Shown here: positions 41,962 to 50,802 of the stretch, one piece after another
Layout: every line of letters begins with the position of its first letter
Position numbering within the stretch: position 1 is the stretch's first letter
Source: an uncultured Parabacteroides sp.
GTDB taxonomy: Bacteria; Bacteroidota; Bacteroidia; Bacteroidales; Tannerellaceae
Length of the DNA stretch: 64,000 nucleotides
Reading direction: 5' to 3'
Assembly (NCBI GenBank): GCA_900770835.1
Contig: CAAGLQ010000049.1
Span: forward strand, 728 to 64,727
The notes under the pieces: generated by a model
The model's input: the letters and a program-made list of their open reading frames with translations, nothing else
What the model was told of the DNA's origin: nothing
Databases searched by the model: none
Position numbers and translations under genes: made by a program

Positions 41962-43872
41962 ATGCATATGGATACAGACACACATATTGAGACAATGGCT
42001 AAAGCGCCAGAATCCACCAACAGGGAGATAAGCTCGTGCTACCACGTCATCCGGGTCGGTCTTCGGTTGAACAATCATACCGACCGCATGCTGCGGCACT
42101 TCTTTCATGGATGCGACGCGTTCAAGGTTGAGCTGGGCAATCTCGTGTCAGGGCGTTTGAACACGCTCATGTCCGAGAAAGAGAACGCCGAGCTTGCCAA
42201 GGAGCTGGATACCCTGACCATGAAGAAGAGGATGAGCAAGGAGGACAAGAACCACTTCTCCGAGATGACCAAGGAGCTCCGGGAGCTGTTCAAGGATAAC
42301 GGTCTCGACAAGGGCGGCGTGTACCGGCTGGCTAAGGAGTTGCGCAAGAGCATGACCGACAGCAACAAGTCCGCCCTGTACTCGCTGGTCTCACAATCCA
42401 TAGCAGACGCTTACGTTCAGGGACTCTCCGTCATCGCCTCCGGAAAGGGCAAGTATCTCCATGTGCCGAAATGGGGCTGCCTTGACGCCATATCCTTCAA
42501 GCAAGAGGGTAACGGCTGCCACCTCGACATCGAGAAGCGGACGTTCACCTTCAGGGCGTGGAAGAAGATCGACGGCAAGATCAAGACCTTCCAGTTGACG
42601 CTTCCGATCGTGGTACCCCGCCATAGCTCCGCCGGTGACGAGCTGGACGATCTGCAGAGGAAGGTCATGGAGTACAAGGTACAAGGAGAGGACATATCCA
42701 CGGCCTATAACCCCGTTCGCTACTGCGTCATCCGTCGGAGGCGCTGCCAGGACCACGGCAAGATCATATTCCGTTACGAGCTGCAGATCCTCGTCGAGGG
42801 TTCGGCTCCGGAGCGCAAGCACCGCCCCGTTCTCGGGGTGGGCAAGGCCGGCATAGACCCCTCCACATTCACGCACGCCGTGGTCAGCGACAGCTACGCG
42901 GGTTTCTTCACGCCATCGCCCTCGATGACGAAGTTGCAAAACAAGTGCGCCCACCTGCTCCGCCGCATGGATGCCGAGCTTCGAGCCAAGAACGAGTCCT
43001 GGTTTGACGAAAAGGGACGCTGGCATCGCCCGGACGACGAGGAGGTGGCCAAAAAGGGCCTTGTCAAAAGCAAGCTCTACCGCAAGCTGCTCCACAGGCT
43101 GCAATACTACTGGCAGCGATACACGGATACCCGTCTCTGCCTCTTCCATGCCGAGGCCAGGTTCGTTTGCGCCCTGGCGAGCGTTCTCTTCGTCGAGGAT
43201 ATGAGCTACAGCGGCCTGCAGAAAAGAGGGCACAGTGAGGTGCTCGTGACGCACCGTGACGAGAACGGCAACGATGTCACCGAGTCCGAGGAATGGACAC
43301 GGCGCCGCTTCGGTCGCTCCATCCTGAGAGGGGCTCCGGGGTTGTTCCTCAGTATCCTCGAGAACACGGTGAAAGCCGCCGGCGGCAGATTCGTCAAGGT
43401 CAGTCCATGGGATATCAAGGCAAGCCAGTACAACCCGCTGACCGGAGCGTACAACAAGCACGGGCTTGACGAGCGGGTCATCGAGGTGACTCCCGGCATC
43501 TATATCCAGCGGGACTTGCTGGCGGCGTACATCCTGAAGCATTGCGAGCTGGTGATAGACCCAGAGAAAGCGAAGAGTAAGGCCAAGAAGGATGAGTCCA
43601 TAGCGCAGGAAACAGAGACGGACATGGTTAGTGAGCCAAGGAAGAACGGGCGTATCCGCCCAAGGCATGAGCGGAAGGTAAAGTCCTCCGAGACCTACCA
43701 GACAAACAAGCTCGCCTGTCGGGAAGAATTCGAGCGATTCCGCCAGATCCACGATGACTGCATCCAGTATATCGTGCGCCATTACGATGAGTTGCCAGCC
43801 TCCGTGGGACTGAAGGACTTGAAGGAGATTTTCCTTGAAAAAAATTGTCAAGACCAGCGAAAAACCGCCTGA
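41962..43872 (+). CDS. tnpB: Large TnpB-family RNA-guided endonuclease
   Basis: RuvC-I GIDP, RuvC-II FVEDM, RuvC-III QRDLLAA; RRFGRSI..GAPG; KASQYNP. Confidence 0.85.
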   Translation: MHMDTDTHIETMAKAPESTNREISSCYHVIRVGLRLNNHTDRMLRHFFHGCDAFKVELGNLVSGRLNTLMSEKENAELAKELDTLTMKKRMSKEDKNHFSEMTKELRELFKDNGLDKGGVYRLAKELRKSMTDSNKSALYSLVSQSIADAYVQGLSVIASGKGKYLHVPKWGCLDAISFKQEGNGCHLDIEKRTFTFRAWKKIDGKIKTFQLTLPIVVPRHSSAGDELDDLQRKVMEYKVQGEDISTAYNPVRYCVIRRRRCQDHGKIIFRYELQILVEGSAPERKHRPVLGVGKAGIDPSTFTHAVVSDSYAGFFTPSPSMTKLQNKCAHLLRRMDAELRAKNESWFDEKGRWHRPDDEEVAKKGLVKSKLYRKLLHRLQYYWQRYTDTRLCLFHAEARFVCALASVLFVEDMSYSGLQKRGHSEVLVTHRDENGNDVTESEEWTRRRFGRSILRGAPGLFLSILENTVKAAGGRFVKVSPWDIKASQYNPLTGAYNKHGLDERVIEVTPGIYIQRDLLAAYILKHCELVIDPEKAKSKAKKDESIAQETETDMVSEPRKNGRIRPRHERKVKSSETYQTNKLACREEFERFRQIHDDCIQYIVRHYDELPASVGLKDLKEIFLEKNCQDQRKTA

Positions 43873-43876
43873 TATA

Positions 43877-43908
43877 TTTGGTTATCAGGCAGATCGTTCG
43901 TACTTTTG
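43877..43908 (+). promoter_or_regulatory. Bacteroidetes sigma-A promoter upstream of the putative omega-RNA
   Basis: TTTG-N20-TACTTTTG matches TTTG-N19-21-TAnnTTTG. Confidence 0.7.
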
Positions 43909-43912
43909 TGAC

Positions 43913-44111
43913 GTGAGCCCTTGTCGATCGAAACGACCTGTGGTGGATTCTCCCGGAGAAGGACTGTTCGGGTAATCCCTAACTCACCTTGCCAATAATA
44001 TTGCGGATAGGCTTCCGCCCTTCCGCTAAAATGGCCCCCGGTTTACCGGGGTTAGAATCCCCCTCCATGCATAGCGTGGTGGTGGGAGTAGTCAATGCGG
44101 GGCAGATCTAC
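43913..44111 (+). ncRNA. Putative TnpB omega-RNA (scaffold to 44095 plus flank-derived guide); boundaries approximate
   Basis: Lies between tnpB stop and right end, downstream of a promoter; contains several short inverted repeats. Confidence 0.55.
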
Positions 44112-44578
44112 AGACCGTCGTATATTAGTTTGCATACGGCTCTTAGTTTCTATGGCATGATTCCAGAGGGGGTCGTCAGCCTTACTTCCATATCGCCCTT
44201 GAAAACCGCATTCTTTGAGAATGCTTTCGGACAATATACCTACTATCATGTCAAGCCAGAACTGTTTTTCGGATACAAGCCTATGCTATTGCTACAAAAT
44301 CATTCCGTTGATAATTCGTCCTCGATGGCATGGATGCTGGCGCTTCCTGAAAAGGCACTGCTGGACTTGCTCTATCTGTATCCTTTCTATAATACGGAGC
44401 AGGAAATGATTGATCTTAGATTGGATGAGGAATTTATGGCCGAGGATTTGGATTTGGAACGTTTGGGCACTTATCTTGAGAAAATGCGCAATAAGGCTTT
44501 GGACGCAAGAGTGGAATTGCTTCTGAGAGCGTATGGCTTACTATAACTGTCCTTCGACTCTTGCGCCCAAATCAGGTG

Positions 44579-46693
44579 TCAACTGTCGGTGTTGATTGTT
44601 TCGATGGGCTCTATGCTCCAGCCAGCTTCCTTCAGTGTAGCCAAGATCGGTTTGAATCGCTCCTCGGAATGGCTTTCAGCCATCAGCTCGTGAATGTCAC
44701 TTACGATAGCCTGCTCCCAGGTGATGTCGATCGTGGGGTAGGGGCGATACTCCTTCGGGAAGGACTGATAGAGGGCGAGTGCCTCTTCGGTTTTCCCGGT
44801 GAGGACTAACGCATGGGCGTATGCGCAGACATAAGGTGGCTTTTGTCGTTTAGTGCGGACAAAAGAGTCGTATAACATGCAGGCTAAATTGAGGTACCCT
44901 TGAGTCAGGCAGTGCCATAGGTCGGTGATTCCGAAGGTGTGGCAGCTCTTGTGACAGTTGAATAGGGCGATGCGCTGGATATTGGAGGTGGCGAAGATAC
45001 GGGACTCCTTTCGTAAGTTGCAATAGCCGGAGAAATAGCTCCAATTTGTGTCCAGGAACTTTTGGTGGTACTTCACCTTGATAGCTTGATCGTAGGTGAA
45101 CTTGTACCCGGTCTTGTTATTCATAATCCAATTGGCTATGTAAAGTACCTCGCGATCATGTACCTCGCCTTCGTTATTTCGATAGGTCATCGAAATGGGG
45201 TGCATGCCAAAGGATGCCTCAAATATGAAGTTGTTTAACTGTTTCTCTCCCGCTGCATCCCCAGTAGGTGTGTAGGTGGGGTGTAGCCAGAGGCTATCTA
45301 ACGGAGTGATCTCGACAATATCACTATGGGGAATGAATACTTCCTTCTTCTCTACCAGGTCATAGATGCGCCATCCCCGCTCGTAGTCTTTGGTGTCGTT
45401 TTGTTGGGTACCGGTCTCGAATAGGTACTCGTTGTTATGGGTGCGGACACTGATCTTGGTATAGGGGTGCCCTTCAACTTGCATCAGCAGCTGCGCTAGC
45501 GACGTTGTTCGATCGGGCAGGATGTCAATGGTGGGTCGATCTCCTTCGTAGGGGTCGGCGGTGATATCGGTCAACTCTATCTGCGCAGCTTGTAGATAGC
45601 GCTCTCGCTCTTGCTGTTGTTCCATCACCTCTGCCTCTGTATAACTCCAGCGGGGTTGGGTGTTCAGTGATTCGGCCTCGATCAATAGCTCCTCATTCCG
45701 GGTGAATTGGGCTATGTATTGGTGTACTTTAGCGACTACGGCTTCGGGTTGTTCGATGACTTGGCGCTCGGCGAAGTGACAAATAGCCCAACCGCTCTCG
45801 ATGAAATAGAGGTTGCGTAAGAGGTCGCTTTTCCCCGCATAGTGCGTGGGTCTGCGGGTAGCGAGGTTATAGGGTGTGTCAATCTCGATGGCGATGTAGA
45901 GGTGACAGGGCTCGATGTAGAGCGTGATGCCGGGCAGGTAGCTGTAGGTTTTGCCTGCGACCGGTAGGGCTACGGACTCTAATAGCTGTATCTCGGGGTA
46001 GGGACGAAGGCTTTCTCTCAATCGCTCTCGCAACAAACAGGTGCCTATATCGCTGTGTGCGTTTTGGACGGCATGAGGTGGTCTGACGGTTCTCTGATCT
46101 TCCTCTGTCAGGATATAGGGGTAGTTGGTCCCTTCTGTTCGGATGGGGTCGATCTCTTGGCTGAAATGAGTAGTCAGGACAGGTCTGTTCTGGTCTTCCG
46201 CCGCTGCGGTTTCCGTGGTGATTAGGTTGCCTTCGATCTGCATGACACAGCGGGGCGTGGGCTTCGATAGCTTGAGCTTATCGATCTCTGCTTTGAGACT
46301 GTTGATTTGTTGCTGCAAGATTAGCTTCGCTTCGCTGTCTTGGGATAGGTGCTGTCGCTGCTGCTCAATTTGATGCTCACGGTCGGAGAGCTGTCCCTGC
46401 ATGGATTGGATCTGGGTGTCTTTCTCCATGATTGTTTGCTGGGCTTGTGCTAACTGCTGCTCTAAGGATTGACGGATGGACTCGATGATGTTGTTTTCCT
46501 TTTGCAATCGTGAGATGATTTGATCTTGCACCATCAATCGGGCCTCGGCATTCCGGCGTTGCTGGTCTGCCTGGGTTTGCAGGGTGTCCAGTTGGGAACG
46601 GAGCATGGATAGACTATGTTGCATCTTTCTCAAACGAAGATAGGCCAGGAGGAGCAGGGCTCCGCATAGGATGATGATAACACCTGTGATCAT
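44579..46693 (-). CDS. Membrane-anchored coiled-coil protein with DUF559-like, WYL-like and TPR-like regions
   Basis: N-terminal TM; Gln-rich coiled coil; IAIEID...RNLYF...GWAICHFAERQV; MTY...G...REV...GYCNLRKESRIF...I. Confidence 0.6.
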   Translation of the reverse strand: MITGVIIILCGALLLLAYLRLRKMQHSLSMLRSQLDTLQTQADQQRRNAEARLMVQDQIISRLQKENNIIESIRQSLEQQLAQAQQTIMEKDTQIQSMQGQLSDREHQIEQQRQHLSQDSEAKLILQQQINSLKAEIDKLKLSKPTPRCVMQIEGNLITTETAAAEDQNRPVLTTHFSQEIDPIRTEGTNYPYILTEEDQRTVRPPHAVQNAHSDIGTCLLRERLRESLRPYPEIQLLESVALPVAGKTYSYLPGITLYIEPCHLYIAIEIDTPYNLATRRPTHYAGKSDLLRNLYFIESGWAICHFAERQVIEQPEAVVAKVHQYIAQFTRNEELLIEAESLNTQPRWSYTEAEVMEQQQERERYLQAAQIELTDITADPYEGDRPTIDILPDRTTSLAQLLMQVEGHPYTKISVRTHNNEYLFETGTQQNDTKDYERGWRIYDLVEKKEVFIPHSDIVEITPLDSLWLHPTYTPTGDAAGEKQLNNFIFEASFGMHPISMTYRNNEGEVHDREVLYIANWIMNNKTGYKFTYDQAIKVKYHQKFLDTNWSYFSGYCNLRKESRIFATSNIQRIALFNCHKSCHTFGITDLWHCLTQGYLNLACMLYDSFVRTKRQKPPYVCAYAHALVLTGKTEEALALYQSFPKEYRPYPTIDITWEQAIVSDIHELMAESHSEERFKPILATLKEAGWSIEPIETINTDS

Positions 46694-46801
46694 GGTACGC
46701 TAATTTTTGGAGTATTTGATTTTGTTTTTGTAACTGCGAAAGTATTAGTTTTTGCGCTTCTTTGCAAGGATTATGGGGCTTTTCAGTGGGAGTTTGCTTC
46801 T

Positions 46802-47593
46802 CTATTCTGTGTCGGTGTCGTAGTAGGTGGCGGTTTCTGGGACGGAGTCTTTGCCGATCCGATAGTCTATGTTGGCTTTGCTGGCTTGGCTTAGCTGGTG
46901 ACTGCGTGGAACGTTGTATAGCTTGCCGTCCTTGACAAAGTGGGCGCCTGTTTGGTGAAAACAGAAGGGGACATTGGCTTGGATGCATTGCTGTCGGATG
47001 CTTAGTATCCATTCATAATGGCAGGGCCGGGCGTGTAGTCCTGACTCGCCACCGACACTGACCTCTTCGATCGTGTGGTCCAAATAGGCGGATAGGTCAA
47101 CGGGCTCGATAAGGGGTGCGACGATGATGCTCTTGTGCTTGATGGGTAGTGCCTTGAATATCGGCAGGCGATAATCGGCCATCTGCTGATTCTCCACTGT
47201 GCAGCCGACTAAGACATTGTCATAGCCTGTTCCCCAGTCCTCAGGCACGCAGTCCATGAATCGGTCAATGCGCTTAGTGAAAAAGTAGAAACAGAGGTCC
47301 TTGCGAATTTTCATCATCTGCCAACAATCGTCTCTCCAGGCATCGGCGTCTTTCAACAGAAAGTCGGAAGTGAAACAGGTGAATACGACATGCCCACTCT
47401 CGATCTTCCAACTGCGGTCTCGCTTGCGCTTGATGGGTAGGTTGAAATTACCGGTCTTGCGGCACTCGCTGCTGGAGACCTCACTGCCGTACATCTCGTC
47501 CTGCCGATAGACATAGCAGTACTTGCAACCGGGGCTCAGCTTGGTGCAGCCGTGCCAGGGGTTCCAGCTTGTGTAGCGTGCTTTCTGCGTCAT
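46802..47593 (-). CDS. DUF5131 (phage Gp37/Gp68-like) protein
   Basis: WNPWHGCTKLSPGCKYCY; TSDF; FTKR; GCTVENQ; GGESG. Confidence 0.9.
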   Translation of the reverse strand: MTQKARYTSWNPWHGCTKLSPGCKYCYVYRQDEMYGSEVSSSECRKTGNFNLPIKRKRDRSWKIESGHVVFTCFTSDFLLKDADAWRDDCWQMMKIRKDLCFYFFTKRIDRFMDCVPEDWGTGYDNVLVGCTVENQQMADYRLPIFKALPIKHKSIIVAPLIEPVDLSAYLDHTIEEVSVGGESGLHARPCHYEWILSIRQQCIQANVPFCFHQTGAHFVKDGKLYNVPRSHQLSQASKANIDYRIGKDSVPETATYYDTDTE

Positions 47594-47697
47594 TGGGTGT
47601 TCATTTGTGTGGCGAAGATAAGGAATTATTGTTTGTTTGATTGTGTTTCGCTAAATTTGCGCTGAATTACAAAACCGAATATTAATACTTTAGGACT

Positions 47698-49491
47698 ATG
47701 AAATCAATTAACTTATTCCTGTCAATTTGTGCGCTATTTTTCACTTCATGTGATAATGAATTGACTGATAGTGACTTATATGGGGGGGGGAATGACCTCT
47801 CTATATCAGTCTTAACCCATACTGAAAGTAAAGGGGTGCTCTCTTCAACATATCTTCCCTCGGAGAGTCAGATCGGTGTTTGTGTTACGAATACGTCAGG
47901 TGGCAATTACGACGGGCATTCTTATAATAATATTCTATTTACTGCGAATGGTTCCGATGCTAGCCAAATTTGGACACCTTCATCTGCCATCCAACTGTCT
48001 ATGAATGAAGGTTCCTGTAGTGCCTATTACCCTTATAGTTCTTCGGTAAATGATATCACAAAAGTACCTGTTTCCACCTCTGGTCAACTAGATTATCTCT
48101 ATGCAACACCGGTATTAGTTAATGCAGAGAATAAAACGGCAACATTATCTATGAAGCATGCGCTTTCGGTGGTACGATTTGCAGTTAAAAAGGGTACATA
48201 CTATGGCTCAGGAAAATTAACATCAGTGTCAGTAAAGAGTAGTGCATTGGGTACAACGGCTACATTAAATGCAAAGACGGGGGCACTTTCGAATGTAGCA
48301 GGAAAGAATAGTGCGATTAGTGTTAGTAAAAGCATTACTTTAAATTCTGCTGTCCAATATATAAACGTAATTGTAATACCTACCGAATCGACAGCTGACC
48401 TAATGCTTTCTGTGAAGATTGACGGGGTCTCTTATTCTAAAGTGATTAGTAATTCTTTAGTGGCTAAGGCTAACTGCAATACTTATACACTAACAGTGAA
48501 CAAAGGAGAACTGGCTCTGTCGGGGATGAAGATTGGCAATTGGAGTTACAATGACAGTGGTTCTTTGGTCATTTCTGCAAATGGTAATACAATTACATTT
48601 GATGGGGATTATGACAAAATAGCTCTAAATAATCGTATAGTAGGTGATACTGTTATAATTAAAGCATTAAGTGTACTTGACGATTGTTTACCTGTACCGA
48701 TTACGACTTCGTCTGGAACAATAATGCAAAGATATGAAGGCAATATGCTATCAATTTCATTGTTTGACATTGATACAGATTTACAACTGACTTTTAAAGG
48801 GGTTTTGTCACCACCAGAAGCTATCGCAGAAGATTTTTCCCAGCTTCATCAGACCGGTGTTTTTGCTATTAGACATGATATGAAACCAGCACTTTCGTCT
48901 GAAGCTAATGAAACTTGTATTGGGGTATGTCTTTACTTTAATTTAATCTATAGCGGTGGTTGTTTGATGATAGAGAAATATGAACATGCAAATTTGAGTT
49001 ATAAAGTTGCAACACTAAATAAATACAGTAATAACTCTTTCTGTTGGGGTGGATATGGTACTGATCAGGAAGACATTCCCAGTTATCCGGAAGTAGAAGG
49101 TGCTACTCATGATTGGTTCGGACAGTCAAATACTGAGACCTTAAAAACTATTATGTCTGGAGGGGAGGGTGACAACGAGAATAAATATCCAACAATAGGG
49201 TGCTTAGTAAATGAGTTTATTAAAAGTGATTATTTTGAAAATTTAGGCTTTGACGATTGGTACGTGCCAGCAGCAGCTCAATTACAAAGGATAGCTGCTG
49301 ATGTTTCAACAATAAATGAGACTTTATCTGCCATGGGAGGGACACCATTGTCAACTTCTACTATGTATTGGTCATCTTCTGAGTATGACAGTCAAAACGG
49401 CTGGAGTATTTATACAATGTATAATGGAGCTTATTCAAGTAGATCAAAATCAGCACCTGCTAGTCTTAGATTAGTGAGAAGTTTAGATTAA
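47698..49491 (+). CDS. Fimbrillin-anchored tip adhesin with C-terminal DUF1566/C-type-lectin-like domain
   Basis: FTSC; AYYPY; DYLYA; MKHAL; C-terminal DWYVPA..QL...YWSSSE...LRLVR. Confidence 0.8.
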   Translation: MKSINLFLSICALFFTSCDNELTDSDLYGGGNDLSISVLTHTESKGVLSSTYLPSESQIGVCVTNTSGGNYDGHSYNNILFTANGSDASQIWTPSSAIQLSMNEGSCSAYYPYSSSVNDITKVPVSTSGQLDYLYATPVLVNAENKTATLSMKHALSVVRFAVKKGTYYGSGKLTSVSVKSSALGTTATLNAKTGALSNVAGKNSAISVSKSITLNSAVQYINVIVIPTESTADLMLSVKIDGVSYSKVISNSLVAKANCNTYTLTVNKGELALSGMKIGNWSYNDSGSLVISANGNTITFDGDYDKIALNNRIVGDTVIIKALSVLDDCLPVPITTSSGTIMQRYEGNMLSISLFDIDTDLQLTFKGVLSPPEAIAEDFSQLHQTGVFAIRHDMKPALSSEANETCIGVCLYFNLIYSGGCLMIEKYEHANLSYKVATLNKYSNNSFCWGGYGTDQEDIPSYPEVEGATHDWFGQSNTETLKTIMSGGEGDNENKYPTIGCLVNEFIKSDYFENLGFDDWYVPAAAQLQRIAADVSTINETLSAMGGTPLSTSTMYWSSSEYDSQNGWSIYTMYNGAYSSRSKSAPASLRLVRSLD

Positions 49492-49625
49492 TGATCGTAA
49501 ATCATGTTTTACTACAGTTTTAAACATAATCAGATGCTACCTGTGGGTTATTTTTGATTGGATATGGATGGTCATTTTATATAAATGGACTACCTTTGTC
49601 GCATATAACATTTAAAACCTTAGCT

Positions 49626-50801
49626 ATGTGGCTTTCAAAATGGAATAAGGGGCTGGCGCTTACCATGTGTATGATGCTGGCATGTGGATGCTCAGATGAT
49701 ACTGAGTCGACTAGTGTACAAGGCAACACCTTGCGTATCGATGCTTATTTGGATATGCCGGGTGAGAGCAAGGCACTTAAAACTGAGTGGAAATCCAGCG
49801 ATCAACTGGGCCTGTTTATCAAGGCTGACAATTATCTCTCGGCTGGTAACTATGGGGAGGTAACGGGTCAGGTGGTAGGTAACTTCAATGGTACTTCTTG
49901 GTCAACAACACCGACGGTGACTTTGTCTTCTGCTCCGGCTTATGTGTTTTCCTATTATCCGTATAACAATGGGGTTAGCTCGGGCGCTGCTGTGCCAGTA
50001 GATATCTCTACGCAGACGGATTATCTGTATGGCGGTGCACCGGCCACTGCGAATAATCAAGATGCTTCGGTCTCATTGGCGATGAAACATGCGTTGTGCG
50101 TGCTGTCATTCAACGTGAAACGAAACGGCTATATAGGGACAGGTAACTTGACCTCTATTACGATTCGCAATAAGTCGGGTAAGCAGGTGTTTGTCTCTTC
50201 GGGTACGATGGATATTGCTACTGGTAGTATTACGGGTTCTGCGTATAATTCATACACGATATCCAAGAGCAAGACGATCGGCGAATCGGGCTGGACGACC
50301 GATCTGCCGATGGCAATGGTGGTACCTTTCTCTACGGGTTCTCCCTCTGAGTTGGAACTGGAGTTTGTGGTGGATGCGAAGAGCTATGTAGTAGATGTAC
50401 CGGTCAATAAGGCGTTTACCGCTGGGTCAAAGTATGTCATTAATCTGACAATCAATAGCTCGACCTTGGAATTGGATGCTTCCAATATTACGATTATCCC
50501 ATGGGGGAGCGAGCAGTCCGTGGATCTGGAGGATGTGGCGAGCAAGGTGAAAGGTGTCGCTTTTACCTTGACTACTACATCCGCCGGTCAGTCGATTACG
50601 GGGCCTAACTTAGGCTCCGTATCGGCTACGGTGGACTGGGGCGATAGCCAAACGGGTAATTTTACTGCTAACGCTACGCATAGCTACGCTAATCCGGGTA
50701 CCTATAGCGTACAGGTATCCTCTGAGGATAATGTGCAGACGGTTACCTTCTCCTCAATCGTTAATATTGATGAGATCGACTTGTCTCAGTTGCAAGACTG
50801 A
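49626..50801 (+). CDS. Fimbrillin-family lipoprotein with C-terminal PKD-like domain
   Basis: ACGC; SYYPY; DYLYG; MKHAL; VDWGD...THSYANPGTYSV. Confidence 0.85.
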   Translation: MWLSKWNKGLALTMCMMLACGCSDDTESTSVQGNTLRIDAYLDMPGESKALKTEWKSSDQLGLFIKADNYLSAGNYGEVTGQVVGNFNGTSWSTTPTVTLSSAPAYVFSYYPYNNGVSSGAAVPVDISTQTDYLYGGAPATANNQDASVSLAMKHALCVLSFNVKRNGYIGTGNLTSITIRNKSGKQVFVSSGTMDIATGSITGSAYNSYTISKSKTIGESGWTTDLPMAMVVPFSTGSPSELELEFVVDAKSYVVDVPVNKAFTAGSKYVINLTINSSTLELDASNITIIPWGSEQSVDLEDVASKVKGVAFTLTTTSAGQSITGPNLGSVSATVDWGDSQTGNFTANATHSYANPGTYSVQVSSEDNVQTVTFSSIVNIDEIDLSQLQD

Positions 50802-50802
50802 A

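Larger units (their letters stand above)
41814..44095 (+). mobile_element. Non-autonomous IS200/IS605-family element (tnpB only)
   Basis: Inserted 3' of TTTAT, ends in TCAA, no target duplication; subterminal hairpins at 41831-41857 and 44059-44086; C-rich composition unlike flanks. Confidence 0.9.
41617..44546 (+). pseudogene. abiEi: AbiEi-like type IV TA antitoxin interrupted by an IS element
   Basis: 5' part LTRWIKKGLLVRLRQGWY; 3' part IYRPSYISLHTALSFYGMIPE...PEKALLDLLY; joining 41813 to 44096 restores ...ARFIAGQIYRP. Confidence 0.85.

Noticed and set aside
42391..43851. 486-aa minus-strand ORF
   Set aside because: Antisense shadow of the GC-rich tnpB; no recognisable motifs.
43989..44095. 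N-terminus of the 185-aa ORF (MPIILRIG...)
   Set aside because: Lies in the IS right end; AbiEi-like sequence resumes only at 44096.
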